Of a stretch of DNA of 64,000 bases, positions 48,973-61,377 are shown piece after piece. The notes under the pieces were generated by a model. The model saw only the letters and a program-made list of their open reading frames with translations, did no database searches and was not told where the DNA came from. The first letter of the stretch is position 1; the number at the start of each line of letters is the position of its first letter. The DNA is from Gammaproteobacteria bacterium (lineage in GTDB: Bacteria; Pseudomonadota; Gammaproteobacteria; UBA4575). Location: contig CBDEUS010000002.1 of assembly GCA_965243395.1 (NCBI GenBank), positions 256,001-320,000 on the forward strand, in the 5' to 3' direction. The translations under genes and the position numbers were made by a program.

Positions 48973-50502
48973 TTATAGGTCAACTTTAATACTTAGTGCT
49001 TTTAGATAATTTTCTTCTTGCTCTAATTCAGCTCCCGTTAAGGGATGATCCTCTAACCATCGTTTCTCAATCGTAATTCTTAGCACTCCTTCAACATCTT
49101 TAATTACAACTTTTGGAAGTTTTTTGGGTATACGATCCCGGTTAATTAAAATTGCAACACGCAAAATAACAATCATATACATTGCAAGCTCTTGCCATCG
49201 TGAAGGTAATTTTTCGATGAGCTCTGTATTTATTTTACGTCGATGATTGCCTACTAAACACGCTAATAAGCGTTGCTCATTCCATGAAAAACCCATCAAG
49301 TCGCTATTATCCAACAGGTAAGCTCCATGGCGATGATATTTGGAATGTGAAATATCAAGACCTATTTCATGTAAATCTGCTGCCCAGATTAAAAATTGAT
49401 ATGCGATTTCATTATCAATTTTCCGAACATTTGATACTTTATCTAATAAATGTAGTGCAGTCGTTTTAATCCTTCCAGCATGTTCAAAGTCGACATGATA
49501 GCGACGCATTAACGAATATACTGTTCGATCACGCGCATCTTGATGATGTATTCTCCCTGCCAGATCAAATAGCAAACCTTCTCTCAAACCTCCGTCCGAC
49601 GCTAACATTCTTTTAATTTTTAGTTCTTCAAAAATAGCTTTCAACGCGACTAAGCCTCCCGCAAACACTGGTTTACGTTCTTTCGCTAATGAATCAAAAC
49701 TTACTTTATCTATATGCTCTGCATCTTGCATTTTTGCTATCAATGCATTAATTCCTTTATAAGTTATCCCTTGATCACTTAATTCAAATTCACGCATTAA
49801 TTCCGCAATCGTGCGAATTGTGCCTGCAGTACCCACTACATGTTGCCAACCAAGCTTCTTTACGCTAGAAACAATTGGTTGTAATTGTAATTTTGCCGCG
49901 ACTAATGCTTTTTTAAATTTCTTTTTATCAAGCCCGCCATTGGAAAAATACTTTTCGCTTAAAACGACACATCCAATTTGCACACTTTCCATCAATGAAG
50001 GTTCGCCACGTTGGCCAATAATCACTTCAGTGCTACCGCCACCAATATCTACTATTAACCAATTTTCATCTGGGCCTGTAATAGAATGAATTGTGCCTTG
50101 ATAAATTAAGCGTGCTTCTTCAACACCCGAGATAATTTGTATCGGGTGCCCTAAAGCAGTCTCAGCACGTTGAATAAACTCCGTGCCATTTTTTGCTACA
50201 CGTAAAGTATTGGTGCCCACAACGCGTACAGAATCTGCATGCATTTCTTGCAGGCGTTGACCAAATCTTTGCAAGCATTCTATGCCGCGCTCTTGAGATT
50301 CAATTGATAACTTTCCTGTAGAATTTAAGCCTGCCCCCAGACGCACCATTTCACGAATTCGATCAATAATTTTTAATTGCCCGTGTTGGTCTTGAGCAAC
50401 CACCATATGAAAACTGTTAGAACCTAGATCTACTGCCGCAATGACGGATGAAGGCTCTGACGACAACTCGCCAGGAGAAGAAATAGGAGAAGGGACATCC
50501 AT
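48973..50502 (-). CDS. ppx: exopolyphosphatase (Ppx/GppA family)
   Basis: AVDLGSNSFH, EEARLIY, DIGGGSTE, GLREG, LHEIG. Confidence 0.95.
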   Translation of the reverse strand: MDVPSPISSPGELSSEPSSVIAAVDLGSNSFHMVVAQDQHGQLKIIDRIREMVRLGAGLNSTGKLSIESQERGIECLQRFGQRLQEMHADSVRVVGTNTLRVAKNGTEFIQRAETALGHPIQIISGVEEARLIYQGTIHSITGPDENWLIVDIGGGSTEVIIGQRGEPSLMESVQIGCVVLSEKYFSNGGLDKKKFKKALVAAKLQLQPIVSSVKKLGWQHVVGTAGTIRTIAELMREFELSDQGITYKGINALIAKMQDAEHIDKVSFDSLAKERKPVFAGGLVALKAIFEELKIKRMLASDGGLREGLLFDLAGRIHHQDARDRTVYSLMRRYHVDFEHAGRIKTTALHLLDKVSNVRKIDNEIAYQFLIWAADLHEIGLDISHSKYHRHGAYLLDNSDLMGFSWNEQRLLACLVGNHRRKINTELIEKLPSRWQELAMYMIVILRVAILINRDRIPKKLPKVVIKDVEGVLRITIEKRWLEDHPLTGAELEQEENYLKALSIKVDL

Positions 50503-50563
50503 ATATAACTACTAGCGTAGCAAATCGAATTTTTTAGTCAAAAATTAATACTGACAGTTTGTA

Positions 50564-51442
50564 TTATTTAGGCGGTAAAAGTGCTCGACCATTGCCATAA
50601 TCAATCACTACACCTTCAGAGGTAATCTCTTCAATTAAAGGCCCATTACTTGCGATGCGATCACCTTCTTTATATTTATTCATATTAATTAAGACAAATC
50701 GCCGCAGTGGGTCATCATCAAATACATGTACGTTCACTTCATATTGATTCAAATTATTGCGTGAACTTTCAGGTAAATCACGCAGCTTGGGAACATTGCT
50801 GAAAGATTTTGTTTGTGTATTAAGTGCGATGGATTCGCCTTCATCAATTAATAATTTTGGCTTATTTACTACCGGGATTGCATCATCAGCACTAAGTTCG
50901 GTTGACGAAAACGAAACATTACCTTTCTTTTCCGCGGAAGAAGTTGTTGAGCTCGCTTGTTGAGGTACTGTTTTATTAGACTTTTCACCATTTTGTTTGG
51001 ATTCATATATCAAGGGACGGTTTATTTCAGCAATTTGTTCATTGCTCATCTGCATTGCAAGCGGGCGAGAGTCTATTGGATCAGTCGATTGATTCGGTAT
51101 CGTCTTGTCTTGTAGATTAGCTTGTTGATTAAAAGTGTCATTAACGGGTTGCTGCGTAACAGGTTGTGATTGAATGGCAGGAGACGAATTGACAACTTCT
51201 TGGTTAATGATGGTCTCCTCTTGCACAGCCGTGTTTATATTCGAGTCATCATTTCCTGTAATTGCACGAATAATTAAAAATAAAATAAGAACATTCGCAA
51301 GTAAGCCCAAAACCACCCATAGCCAAATCGGATTAGGATTATTCTTTTGCGGTTTAACGGGATCGACAAATTTTAAATCTGGCTGCTTTTCAAGTTGACG
51401 CTCGTGTTCTGCGCGCGTCAATGCATCAAGAATCATTGACAT
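50564..51442 (-). CDS. gspB: general secretion pathway protein GspB/ExeB
   Basis: MSxILDALxRAExER start, one TM, C-terminal VHVF..RFVLIN..YKEGD. Confidence 0.85.
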   Translation of the reverse strand: MSMILDALTRAEHERQLEKQPDLKFVDPVKPQKNNPNPIWLWVVLGLLANVLILFLIIRAITGNDDSNINTAVQEETIINQEVVNSSPAIQSQPVTQQPVNDTFNQQANLQDKTIPNQSTDPIDSRPLAMQMSNEQIAEINRPLIYESKQNGEKSNKTVPQQASSTTSSAEKKGNVSFSSTELSADDAIPVVNKPKLLIDEGESIALNTQTKSFSNVPKLRDLPESSRNNLNQYEVNVHVFDDDPLRRFVLINMNKYKEGDRIASNGPLIEEITSEGVVIDYGNGRALLPPK

Positions 51443-51458
51443 AATTACTACCTATGAT

Positions 51459-53174
51459 TCAACTTGACTGTCGCAGTAATAAAGGTGTGGAACGATCATT
51501 AACAACAGAATTAATTTCAATTATGGTCTCACGGCCTGCCACGCCATCTACATCTAGACCCCGGATACGCTGAAACTCCATGACTCGCCACTTCAGTGTA
51601 GGATCAAAAGATAATTTTTTCTTTTCATCTGTCGAGACCGGCTTGCCTTCGATACGATCTAGTTGATCTCGTAACCAGGCAACATCTTTACCAATTAATC
51701 CTTCTTTTAAAAGTATGGATCCCGTTGGCGGTGGCCGCCACAATAGTAAATAGTTCCCAAACCAATATGGATCTACTTTTGTGGTTGCTGTTGTAACTAC
51801 TTTACCACCTATATTTAAACTTACTTGATTACCCTGTAAGGCTAATACAACGATTTGTTTTCTTTTGCCCGCAGGATTAATAATTTCTAATACTGCAGGT
51901 CTATTATGACGTCGTATTTGGTCCCAACTTGCTTTGCCAAAAATACAACTCAAATTTGCAGAAGTAGCACGTTCGCAAGCTGTGTCACCTTGCAACTCCG
52001 GATAAGAAAGACCCCAATAACTAAACAATGTAGTGAAAGCCTTGGTATTGTCCAGTCGTAAGCTGTCATCGTTAATTAAATTTAAAAAACTCGCTGTATT
52101 ATATTTGGGTGAAACAGGAGAAGTATTTATTACATTTTCTTGTTCTGAGGCATTTGAAATCGAGTTATTTTCCACTACAGCTTGAGAAGCTAAAGATTCA
52201 GTAGCAGCGTCATGTAGTTTTTGTGGAGGAGTTATTTCAGTATTTGTGTTGGCATAACTTTCCGGTGACGTTCTTGGCAAGAAACCCCAAATTGACAATA
52301 GCAATGCTGCAGCACCCGCAGCTATTGCGCCTCCCGCTACCCACTGCATGGGTTGAAAACGCTCAGTGGGTTGTAACACCTCACCTGCAGCTTTGCGTAC
52401 AAGGCCTTTATCAATACGGTGAACATTTTCGCCATATGCGCCCATCATAGAACGCTCACATATATTATTAATTAAACGTGGTACACCTCCAGACAACTGA
52501 TGCACTATGTTAATTGCACCGCTGGTGAACAACTCCCCTCTAAAACCAACGATCTGTAAGCGGTGACGAATATAAGAAGCTGTTTCTTCTTTTGATAATG
52601 GAGTCAAATGAAAGCGTGCTGTAATTCTTTGTGTAAGTTGGCGTAACTCAGGACGTGCCAGAATCGATTGTAATTCTGGCTGACCAATTAAAATAATTTG
52701 CAGTAGCTTTTGAGTGGCGACTTCTAAATTAGTTAACAAACGAATCTGTTCCAATACTTCTGCACGTAAGTTTTGTGCTTCATCAATAACTAAAACTGTG
52801 CGCTTACCTTGTGCATGTTGTTTTAATAAATATAAGTTTAATCGGTCAACTAAATACTTAAGACTGGTGGTTGATCTGCGATATGGAATATTTAATTCAT
52901 CGCAAATCGATGCGATAAGCTCTCGTGAACTTTGACGTGGATTTAAAATAAGTGCGACATTCACATGTTCTGGCATTTGCTCTAACACACTTCGACACAA
53001 CATGGTTTTACCGGTGCCGACTTCACCGGTTAACAAAATAAAGCCACCTGCTTCATCGGCTCCATATAAAAGATGCGCCAAACCATCACGATGACGAGGA
53101 GTTAAATATAAAAAGCGCGTGTCAGGAGTAATTTGAAACGGTTTATCTGAAATTCCAAAGAATTCTAAATACAT
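51459..53174 (-). CDS. gspA: GspA/ExeA AAA ATPase with peptidoglycan-binding domain
   Basis: MYLEFFG..PF..PD, GEVGTGKT, IDEAQ, GQPEL, FQ..GLDVDGVAG. Confidence 0.92.
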   Translation of the reverse strand: MYLEFFGISDKPFQITPDTRFLYLTPRHRDGLAHLLYGADEAGGFILLTGEVGTGKTMLCRSVLEQMPEHVNVALILNPRQSSRELIASICDELNIPYRRSTTSLKYLVDRLNLYLLKQHAQGKRTVLVIDEAQNLRAEVLEQIRLLTNLEVATQKLLQIILIGQPELQSILARPELRQLTQRITARFHLTPLSKEETASYIRHRLQIVGFRGELFTSGAINIVHQLSGGVPRLINNICERSMMGAYGENVHRIDKGLVRKAAGEVLQPTERFQPMQWVAGGAIAAGAAALLLSIWGFLPRTSPESYANTNTEITPPQKLHDAATESLASQAVVENNSISNASEQENVINTSPVSPKYNTASFLNLINDDSLRLDNTKAFTTLFSYWGLSYPELQGDTACERATSANLSCIFGKASWDQIRRHNRPAVLEIINPAGKRKQIVVLALQGNQVSLNIGGKVVTTATTKVDPYWFGNYLLLWRPPPTGSILLKEGLIGKDVAWLRDQLDRIEGKPVSTDEKKKLSFDPTLKWRVMEFQRIRGLDVDGVAGRETIIEINSVVNDRSTPLLLRQSS

Positions 53175-53456
53175 GCTGTATTACCTTGTTAACGCAAGCT
53201 TTTAAGGTGAACGTAATCTAGATAAGTTTCGACCCATTTTGCCAAAAAAGCGATGTCTTGGCCTTACTAATATACACGTAATCACATCTGTCTCACTTAT
53301 AATCGATACCGCTTATCGATATATGGGTGATAGATTGAGTACTAATCATTAACCATAACTACTACATATACATATTTCCCCAATCTTGGCCTAATTAAAT
53401 ACCATAAAAAATGTATAGATATTTTGTTTTCGACACAGGTACTTCAAAATAGGTTT

Positions 53457-53666
53457 ATGAGTTACAACAAAAACAAGTCAAAAACGAATACCCCCAAGCT
53501 TCCTCCCAAACCGAAGCCTCCGGAACCCTATGAATGCTGCGAACGTGGCTGTGATCCATGTGTTCACGACTATTATGCAAAAGCTCTGGCTCGTTGGGAA
53601 AAGCGAGTAGCAGAAATTGAAAAAAATGAACAGAGAAAAAGCGCCAGAAAAGCGCTCAGAAAATGA
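53457..53666 (+). CDS. small oxidoreductase-like-domain protein (CCxxxCxxC)
   Basis: PxPPEPxECCERGCDPCVxDxY motif; ATG at 53457 preferred. Confidence 0.75.
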   Translation: MSYNKNKSKTNTPKLPPKPKPPEPYECCERGCDPCVHDYYAKALARWEKRVAEIEKNEQRKSARKALRK

Positions 53667-53938
53667 CCAATATTTACATCCAGAACAAATCAAATAACTA
53701 AAATTTCTAGTAGAAAAAATAGCTTCTAATAGCAAATATACGGTTAGTTATATACTATTACCCCCATAATAAAAAAGAATAACCACTTTACAAAAACAAA
53801 ATTCGTTAACGTAGCTCTTCAAAAACTTCCGCAATTTTCGCGTCATTAAATGCCAATGCGAATTTGGTTAGATGATTTTGTCGGTAAGCATTAATTTGCC
53901 GTTACGAATTTAGAGTGTCTACAAAGGAACTATCTACT

Positions 53939-55501
53939 ATGAAGATCGGTGTACCAAACGAAATTCATGAAAATGAATGTCGCGTAGCGATGACACCTGA
54001 TACCGCAGCACGACTCCAAAAACTTGGATATGAATGTGCAATTGAGGCTGGTGCAGGTGCGAGTGCTAACTTTACTGACCAAGCCTATCAGGATGCTGGA
54101 GTTGAAGTTGTTGCGGATACAAAACAACTCTGGGCTAACTCCGACATAATTTTAAAAGTTCGTGCCCCCGAACAAAATAATGCCTTAGGCATGCACGAAG
54201 CAGATTTATTAAGAGAGGGTGCAACCTTAGCCAGTTTTATTTGGCCTGCTCAAAACGAAGGTTTAATGGATCAACTAAAAGCGCGCAATGCAACTGTGCT
54301 TGCAATGGATTCAGTACCACGAATCTCACGTGCACAAAAATTAGATGCTCTATCTTCTATGGCCAATATTGCAGGCTATCGTGCAGTCATTGAAGCTTCC
54401 AATCATTTTGGTAGATTTTTCACAGGTCAAGTTACCGCAGCCGGTAAAGTTCCTCCTGCAAAAGTGATGGTGATCGGCGCAGGTGTGGCTGGTCTGGCAG
54501 CTGTTGGCACCGCAAATGGACTTGGTGCAATTGTACGTGCTTTTGATACCCGCCCAGAAGTTAAAGAACAAGTTGAAAGTATGGGCGCGCAGTTTTTAGA
54601 ACTCGATTTTGAAGAAGACGAAGAAGGTGGCACTGCTGGTGGCTACGCAAAAGTAATGAGTAAAGAATTTATTGAAGCGGAGATGGCATTGTTCCGTGAG
54701 CAAGCCAAAGAAGTCGACATCATCATTACAACTGCATTGATCCCAGGAAAGCCTGCACCAAAATTAATATTGGCCGACATGGTTGAATCCATGAAAGAAG
54801 GCAGTGTGATTGTAGATTTAGCTGCCGAGCAAGGTGGCAACTGTGAGCTTACTGTTCCAGGTGAAGTTGCAGTGAAACACGGCGTTACGTTAATTGGCTA
54901 TATGGATTTACCAAGCCGTTTAGCTACGCAATCTAGTCAACTCTACGGATCTAACTTATGTCATCTTTTAAATGACATGACGCCGGAAAAGGATGGCAAC
55001 CTGGTTGTTGATATGGAAGATGATGTGGTACGTGGTACCACAGTTATAAATAAAGGTGAAATTACCTGGCCACCTCCTCCTCTAGCTGTATCTGCGGCTC
55101 CAGCACAAGCCAAACCTGCAGAAGCTCCAGTGGCAGAAGAACCAAAAAAGAAAAGTGGGCTAGGCTTTGCAATTACTTTAGCGGTTGCAGCATTAATATT
55201 ATGGTGGATTGGAAAATCAGCTCCCGCTGAGTTCATGCAACACTTTACGGTGTTTGTACTGTCCTGTTTTATTGGTTACTGGGTAGTTTGGAACGTTACT
55301 CCCGCCTTACATACACCATTGATGAGTGTAACTAATGCGATTAGTAGTGTGATTATTATTGGTGCACTTTTACAAATTGGCAGTAGCGTACCGGTAATTT
55401 TAGGAATGGCTGCGTTCTCAATTTTTATTGCATCAATAAATATTGGCGGCGGCTTTACGGTGACGCAACGTATGTTGCAAATGTTCCGCAAAGAAGAATA
55501 A
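53939..55501 (+). CDS. pntA: NAD(P) transhydrogenase subunit alpha
   Basis: [34 protein letters not shown]; ATG at 53939 after AAGGA. Confidence 0.97.
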   Translation: MKIGVPNEIHENECRVAMTPDTAARLQKLGYECAIEAGAGASANFTDQAYQDAGVEVVADTKQLWANSDIILKVRAPEQNNALGMHEADLLREGATLASFIWPAQNEGLMDQLKARNATVLAMDSVPRISRAQKLDALSSMANIAGYRAVIEASNHFGRFFTGQVTAAGKVPPAKVMVIGAGVAGLAAVGTANGLGAIVRAFDTRPEVKEQVESMGAQFLELDFEEDEEGGTAGGYAKVMSKEFIEAEMALFREQAKEVDIIITTALIPGKPAPKLILADMVESMKEGSVIVDLAAEQGGNCELTVPGEVAVKHGVTLIGYMDLPSRLATQSSQLYGSNLCHLLNDMTPEKDGNLVVDMEDDVVRGTTVINKGEITWPPPPLAVSAAPAQAKPAEAPVAEEPKKKSGLGFAITLAVAALILWWIGKSAPAEFMQHFTVFVLSCFIGYWVVWNVTPALHTPLMSVTNAISSVIIIGALLQIGSSVPVILGMAAFSIFIASINIGGGFTVTQRMLQMFRKEE

Positions 55502-55516
55502 GAAGGGAGAGAAAAA

Positions 55517-56911
55517 ATGATAATGAATCCTCAAATGTTAGGTGCCGCGTATTTAGCAGCTGGTGCACTTTTTATTCTTAGCCTCAATGGATTAAGCCAT
55601 CAAGAATCTGCACGTCGTGGAAACCTTTGCGGAATCATAGGAATGATTATCGCAGTCGGTGCAACTATTTTAAGTGGCAGTGTCGGCAATCTGCATATCA
55701 TGTTTCCATGCATGATCATTGGTGGAATTATTGGTGCTGCAGTTGCGTTAAAAGTTGAAATGACACAAATGCCAGAACTGGTTGCTGGCTTTCACAGCTT
55801 AGTAGGACTTGCTGCTGTGTTAGTTGGATTTTCTAGTTATATGGATCCCAATTCAAACTTTGTGGGTACTGAAAAAGTAATTCACGAAGTTGAAGTTTAC
55901 TTGGGAGTATTCATCGGTGTTATTACCTTTACAGGGTCCATTATTGCGTTTGGAAAATTGAGCGCAATCATTGGCGGTAAACCTTTAATGATACCGGGCA
56001 GACACTGGATCAATTTAATTATGCTCCTTGTATGTATTTACTTTGGTTATGAGTTTTTGAACGCAGAAAGTCATAATGCTGGTGTATGGCCATTGATATA
56101 CATGACAGTGATTGCTGGCATTATTGGCATTCATTTAATCATGGCCATCGGTGGAGCCGATATGCCCGTAGTGGTTTCCATGCTGAACAGTTATTCAGGC
56201 TGGGCAGCAGCGGCCACTGGGTTCATGTTAGGTAATACTGCACTCATCGTGGTGGGTTCTTTAGTTGGTTCAAGTGGTGCCATTTTGAGTTACATAATGT
56301 GTCGAGCAATGAACCGAAAATTCCTTGCGGTAATTTTAGGTGGTTTTGGTACAGGTGGCGGAGCTGCAGCAGAAGCAGAAGAAGGCGAAGTTACAGCCAC
56401 ATCTGCCGAAGAAGTAGCGAGCATGTTAAAAGATGCCAGCAATGTAATCATCGTTCCCGGTTACGGTATGGCAGTTGCTCAAGCACAGTACACGGTAAGT
56501 GATATCACCAAAAAACTGCGTTCTAAAGGAGTTAATGTTCGTTTTGGCATTCACCCTGTTGCAGGTCGTTTACCCGGTCATATGAATGTTTTGCTTGCTG
56601 AATCCAAAGTGCCGTATGACATCGTATTGGAAATGGATGAACTCAATGATGATTTTCCAGACACCGATGTCTCGCTGGTAATTGGCGCAAACGACATCGT
56701 TAACCCTTCCGCACAAACTGATCCTAATAGCCCCATTGCAGGTATGCCGGTACTGGAAGTATGGAAAGCTAAAACATGCGTAGTGTTGAAGCGTAGTATG
56801 GCAACAGGTTATGCGGGTGTGGATAATCCTCTATTTATTAAAGACAACACTGAAATGTTGTTCGGTGATGCAAAAGATAGTATGGATGAGGTACTTAAGC
56901 ATCTTGATTAA
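55517..56911 (+). CDS. pntB: NAD(P) transhydrogenase subunit beta
   Basis: [45 protein letters not shown]. Confidence 0.98.
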   Translation: MIMNPQMLGAAYLAAGALFILSLNGLSHQESARRGNLCGIIGMIIAVGATILSGSVGNLHIMFPCMIIGGIIGAAVALKVEMTQMPELVAGFHSLVGLAAVLVGFSSYMDPNSNFVGTEKVIHEVEVYLGVFIGVITFTGSIIAFGKLSAIIGGKPLMIPGRHWINLIMLLVCIYFGYEFLNAESHNAGVWPLIYMTVIAGIIGIHLIMAIGGADMPVVVSMLNSYSGWAAAATGFMLGNTALIVVGSLVGSSGAILSYIMCRAMNRKFLAVILGGFGTGGGAAAEAEEGEVTATSAEEVASMLKDASNVIIVPGYGMAVAQAQYTVSDITKKLRSKGVNVRFGIHPVAGRLPGHMNVLLAESKVPYDIVLEMDELNDDFPDTDVSLVIGANDIVNPSAQTDPNSPIAGMPVLEVWKAKTCVVLKRSMATGYAGVDNPLFIKDNTEMLFGDAKDSMDEVLKHLD

Positions 56912-56932
56912 ATCTGTCATTTACTAGGTAAT

Positions 56933-56963
56933 AAAAAAGCACGCATAAAGCGTGCTTTTTTTT
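56933..56963. terminator. bidirectional terminator between pntB and ispB
   Basis: aaaaaagcacgc-ataaa-gcgtgctttttt. Confidence 0.88.
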
Positions 56964-56998
56964 GCCTACTGCAAATTACAAAAGTGTATTAACTTAAG

Positions 56999-57967
56999 TT
57001 AATTTTTACGCTCTATCGCAAAATCTGCTAAATCTAGCAATGCATCTTTGTATTTATTGGCCGGCAATATTTCTATATGTTGCCTAGCCAATTGTGCCTG
57101 TTGGTTTGCAATACTTTCTGTATAGGCAATGGCATCTGTATCATCGATTACTTGCAAAATTTCATCCATGTTTTCCCTGCCGCCATTAATAATTGCATCT
57201 CGTATCATTGCAGCTTCAGATCCGCTACTATTTTTTAAGGCATAAATGAGAGGAAGAGTTGGTTTTCCCTCTGCAAGATCATCACCAAGATTCTTTCCCG
57301 TTTCCTCGGATGAAGCTTGGTAATCAAGTAAATCATCTTTAAGTTGAAAGGCAGTACCTATATATGTTCCATAGGCCGCACAAGCTTGTTCGATATTATC
57401 CGACTGGCCAGCTAAAATGGCTCCAAGTTGACAGGCCGCTTCGAATAACTTTGCCGTCTTGGATTGAATAACAGTCATATAACGTTCCTCTGTCGTTTCA
57501 GGATCGTTACAGTTCAGTAGTTGCATTACTTCGCCTTCTGCAATGGTATTGGATGCACGCGCAAGAATTTCCATCACGCGCATTTCGCCAACATCGACCA
57601 TCATTTCAAATGAACGTGAAAATACAAAGTCTCCAACTAACACTGTTGTTTCATTTCCCCAAATCGAATTTGCAGTTTCATTACCGCGTCGCATACTGGA
57701 TTCATCTACAACATCATCATGTAAAAGGGTTGCGGTATGAATAAATTCGATGATTGCAGCTGCGAGAAAATGTTTGTTACCTTCATAGCCGCATGCTTTG
57801 GCACAAAGGATGGCGAGCAAAGGTCTTAGACGCTTTCCCCCACTATTAATAATGTAATTAGCCATTTCATTTATTAATGCAACGTCCGAATGAAGATATT
57901 GGCGGATTGCAGCATTCACGCCTTGCATATCCTCGGCAACGAGGTCTTGTACCTGCTTGAATTCCAT
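56999..57967 (-). CDS. ispB: octaprenyl-diphosphate synthase
   Basis: GGKRLRP, LLHDDVVD, FQLKDDLLD, GKNLGDDLAEGK; divergent from rplU. Confidence 0.96.
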   Translation of the reverse strand: MEFKQVQDLVAEDMQGVNAAIRQYLHSDVALINEMANYIINSGGKRLRPLLAILCAKACGYEGNKHFLAAAIIEFIHTATLLHDDVVDESSMRRGNETANSIWGNETTVLVGDFVFSRSFEMMVDVGEMRVMEILARASNTIAEGEVMQLLNCNDPETTEERYMTVIQSKTAKLFEAACQLGAILAGQSDNIEQACAAYGTYIGTAFQLKDDLLDYQASSEETGKNLGDDLAEGKPTLPLIYALKNSSGSEAAMIRDAIINGGRENMDEILQVIDDTDAIAYTESIANQQAQLARQHIEILPANKYKDALLDLADFAIERKN

Positions 57968-58068
57968 AATGGCTATTAATAACTTGCTTGGAATGTACCT
58001 GGATGAGTTATTTGAGCTGTTTTTTTAGGTATATCATTACTATACAGGCCAATTTAAGGCATATTAGA

Positions 58069-58105
58069 TTGACCCACCAGAGGTGTATCGCTAGAATTGC
58101 GCCTC
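58069..58105 (+). promoter_or_regulatory. sigma70 promoter of rplU-rpmA with GC-rich discriminator
   Basis: TTGACC-N17-TAGAAT-tgcgcctc. Confidence 0.75.
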
Positions 58106-58135
58106 TTTTTTAGACCCCTTAACGGAGAATCCAAG

Positions 58136-58447
58136 GTGTACGCAATTATCGCCACAGGCGGCAAACAATACCGTGTCCAGAAAGGAGACCAAATCAGGGT
58201 TGAAAAACTTGAAGGTGATCCTGGCGAGAAAGTCGAATTTAATCAAGTACTATTACTTGCAGATGGTGAAGATGTAACCATTGGTGCGCCATATGTAGAT
58301 GGCAGTAAAGTTATGGGTGAGGTTGAAGAACAGGCACGTGCTAATAAAATTGACATCATCAAATTCAAGCGTCGCAAGCATCACATGAAACGCATGGGAC
58401 ATCGTCAATCATTTACACAAGTCAAAATAACCAAAATTTCAAAATAG
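58136..58447 (+). CDS. rplU: 50S ribosomal protein L21
   Basis: [17 protein letters not shown]; GTG at 58136 after GGAG. Confidence 0.98.
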   Translation: MYAIIATGGKQYRVQKGDQIRVEKLEGDPGEKVEFNQVLLLADGEDVTIGAPYVDGSKVMGEVEEQARANKIDIIKFKRRKHHMKRMGHRQSFTQVKITKISK

Positions 58448-58455
58448 GAACAATC

Positions 58456-58716
58456 ATGGCACATAAAAAAGCAGGTGGTAGTACACGTAATGGCCGCGAC
58501 TCAGAGTCTAAACGGCTAGGTGTGAAATGCTATGGTGGTGAAGAAGTACTTGCCGGTAACATTATCGTCCGTCAACGTGGTACCCAATTTCATGCAGGTG
58601 TAAATGTAGGTTGCGGTAAAGACCATACTTTATATGCAAAAGCAGATGGCAAAGTAGTTTTTGAAACAAAAGGCCCGAAAAACAGAAAATTTGTGCGTAT
58701 AGAAGCGGTGCAATAA
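58456..58716 (+). CDS. rpmA: 50S ribosomal protein L27
   Basis: [21 protein letters not shown]. Confidence 0.99.
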   Translation: MAHKKAGGSTRNGRDSESKRLGVKCYGGEEVLAGNIIVRQRGTQFHAGVNVGCGKDHTLYAKADGKVVFETKGPKNRKFVRIEAVQ

Positions 58717-58740
58717 ATACTTATCTAATTTTTAAGTTTC

Positions 58741-58770
58741 AAAGCCCCGCATCGTCGGGGCTTTTTTTTT
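58741..58770 (+). terminator. intrinsic terminator after rpmA
   Basis: aaagccccg-catcgt-cggggcttt plus T-tract. Confidence 0.88.
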
Positions 58771-58774
58771 ATAA

Positions 58775-60941
<2,167 letters not shown>

Positions 60942-60959
60942 AGAGAAATTAAAGGCAAT

Positions 60960-61220
60960 TCACATTGCTTTAATACGGGCATTCAATCTACTCTTATGGC
61001 GTGCAGCTTTATTAGCATGAATAAGTTTTTTACTTACAGAAGAATCAATCACAGGAACCGCTGCTTTATAAGCTTCCGTGGCAGCATCTTTATCTCCTGC
61101 ATTGATTAAATTGACCACAGCCTTGATTTTTGTTCTGAGGTGAGAACGCTGCCCCGCATTATGTAGGCGATTTTTAACTGCCTGACGAGCGCGTTTTTTT
61201 GCTGATTGAATATTGGCCAA
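60960..61220 (-). CDS. rpsT: 30S ribosomal protein S20
   Basis: [25 protein letters not shown]; TTG start. Confidence 0.98.
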   Translation of the reverse strand: MANIQSAKKRARQAVKNRLHNAGQRSHLRTKIKAVVNLINAGDKDAATEAYKAAVPVIDSSVSKKLIHANKAARHKSRLNARIKAM

Positions 61221-61269
61221 AGTGGATCCTAATTCTTATTTATATATGAGATATAGTTGTTTCGTTAGG

Positions 61270-61305
61270 GTCGCGTACTATGGTAGTAAGATAAAAAAAT
61301 GTCAA
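61270..61305 (-). promoter_or_regulatory. sigma70 promoter of rpsT
   Basis: Minus strand TTGACA-N17-CATAGT-acgcgac. Confidence 0.7.
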
Positions 61306-61377
61306 CCCCAGAAAATCCAACCTTGAGCCCTATTTACCCCCTAATTTAGCCATATTTACACCCTATAATTACCCACA

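Noticed and set aside
50564-53174. gspAB without the rest of a type II secretion system
   Set aside because: exeAB/gspAB commonly form a separate operon, as in Aeromonas and Vibrio
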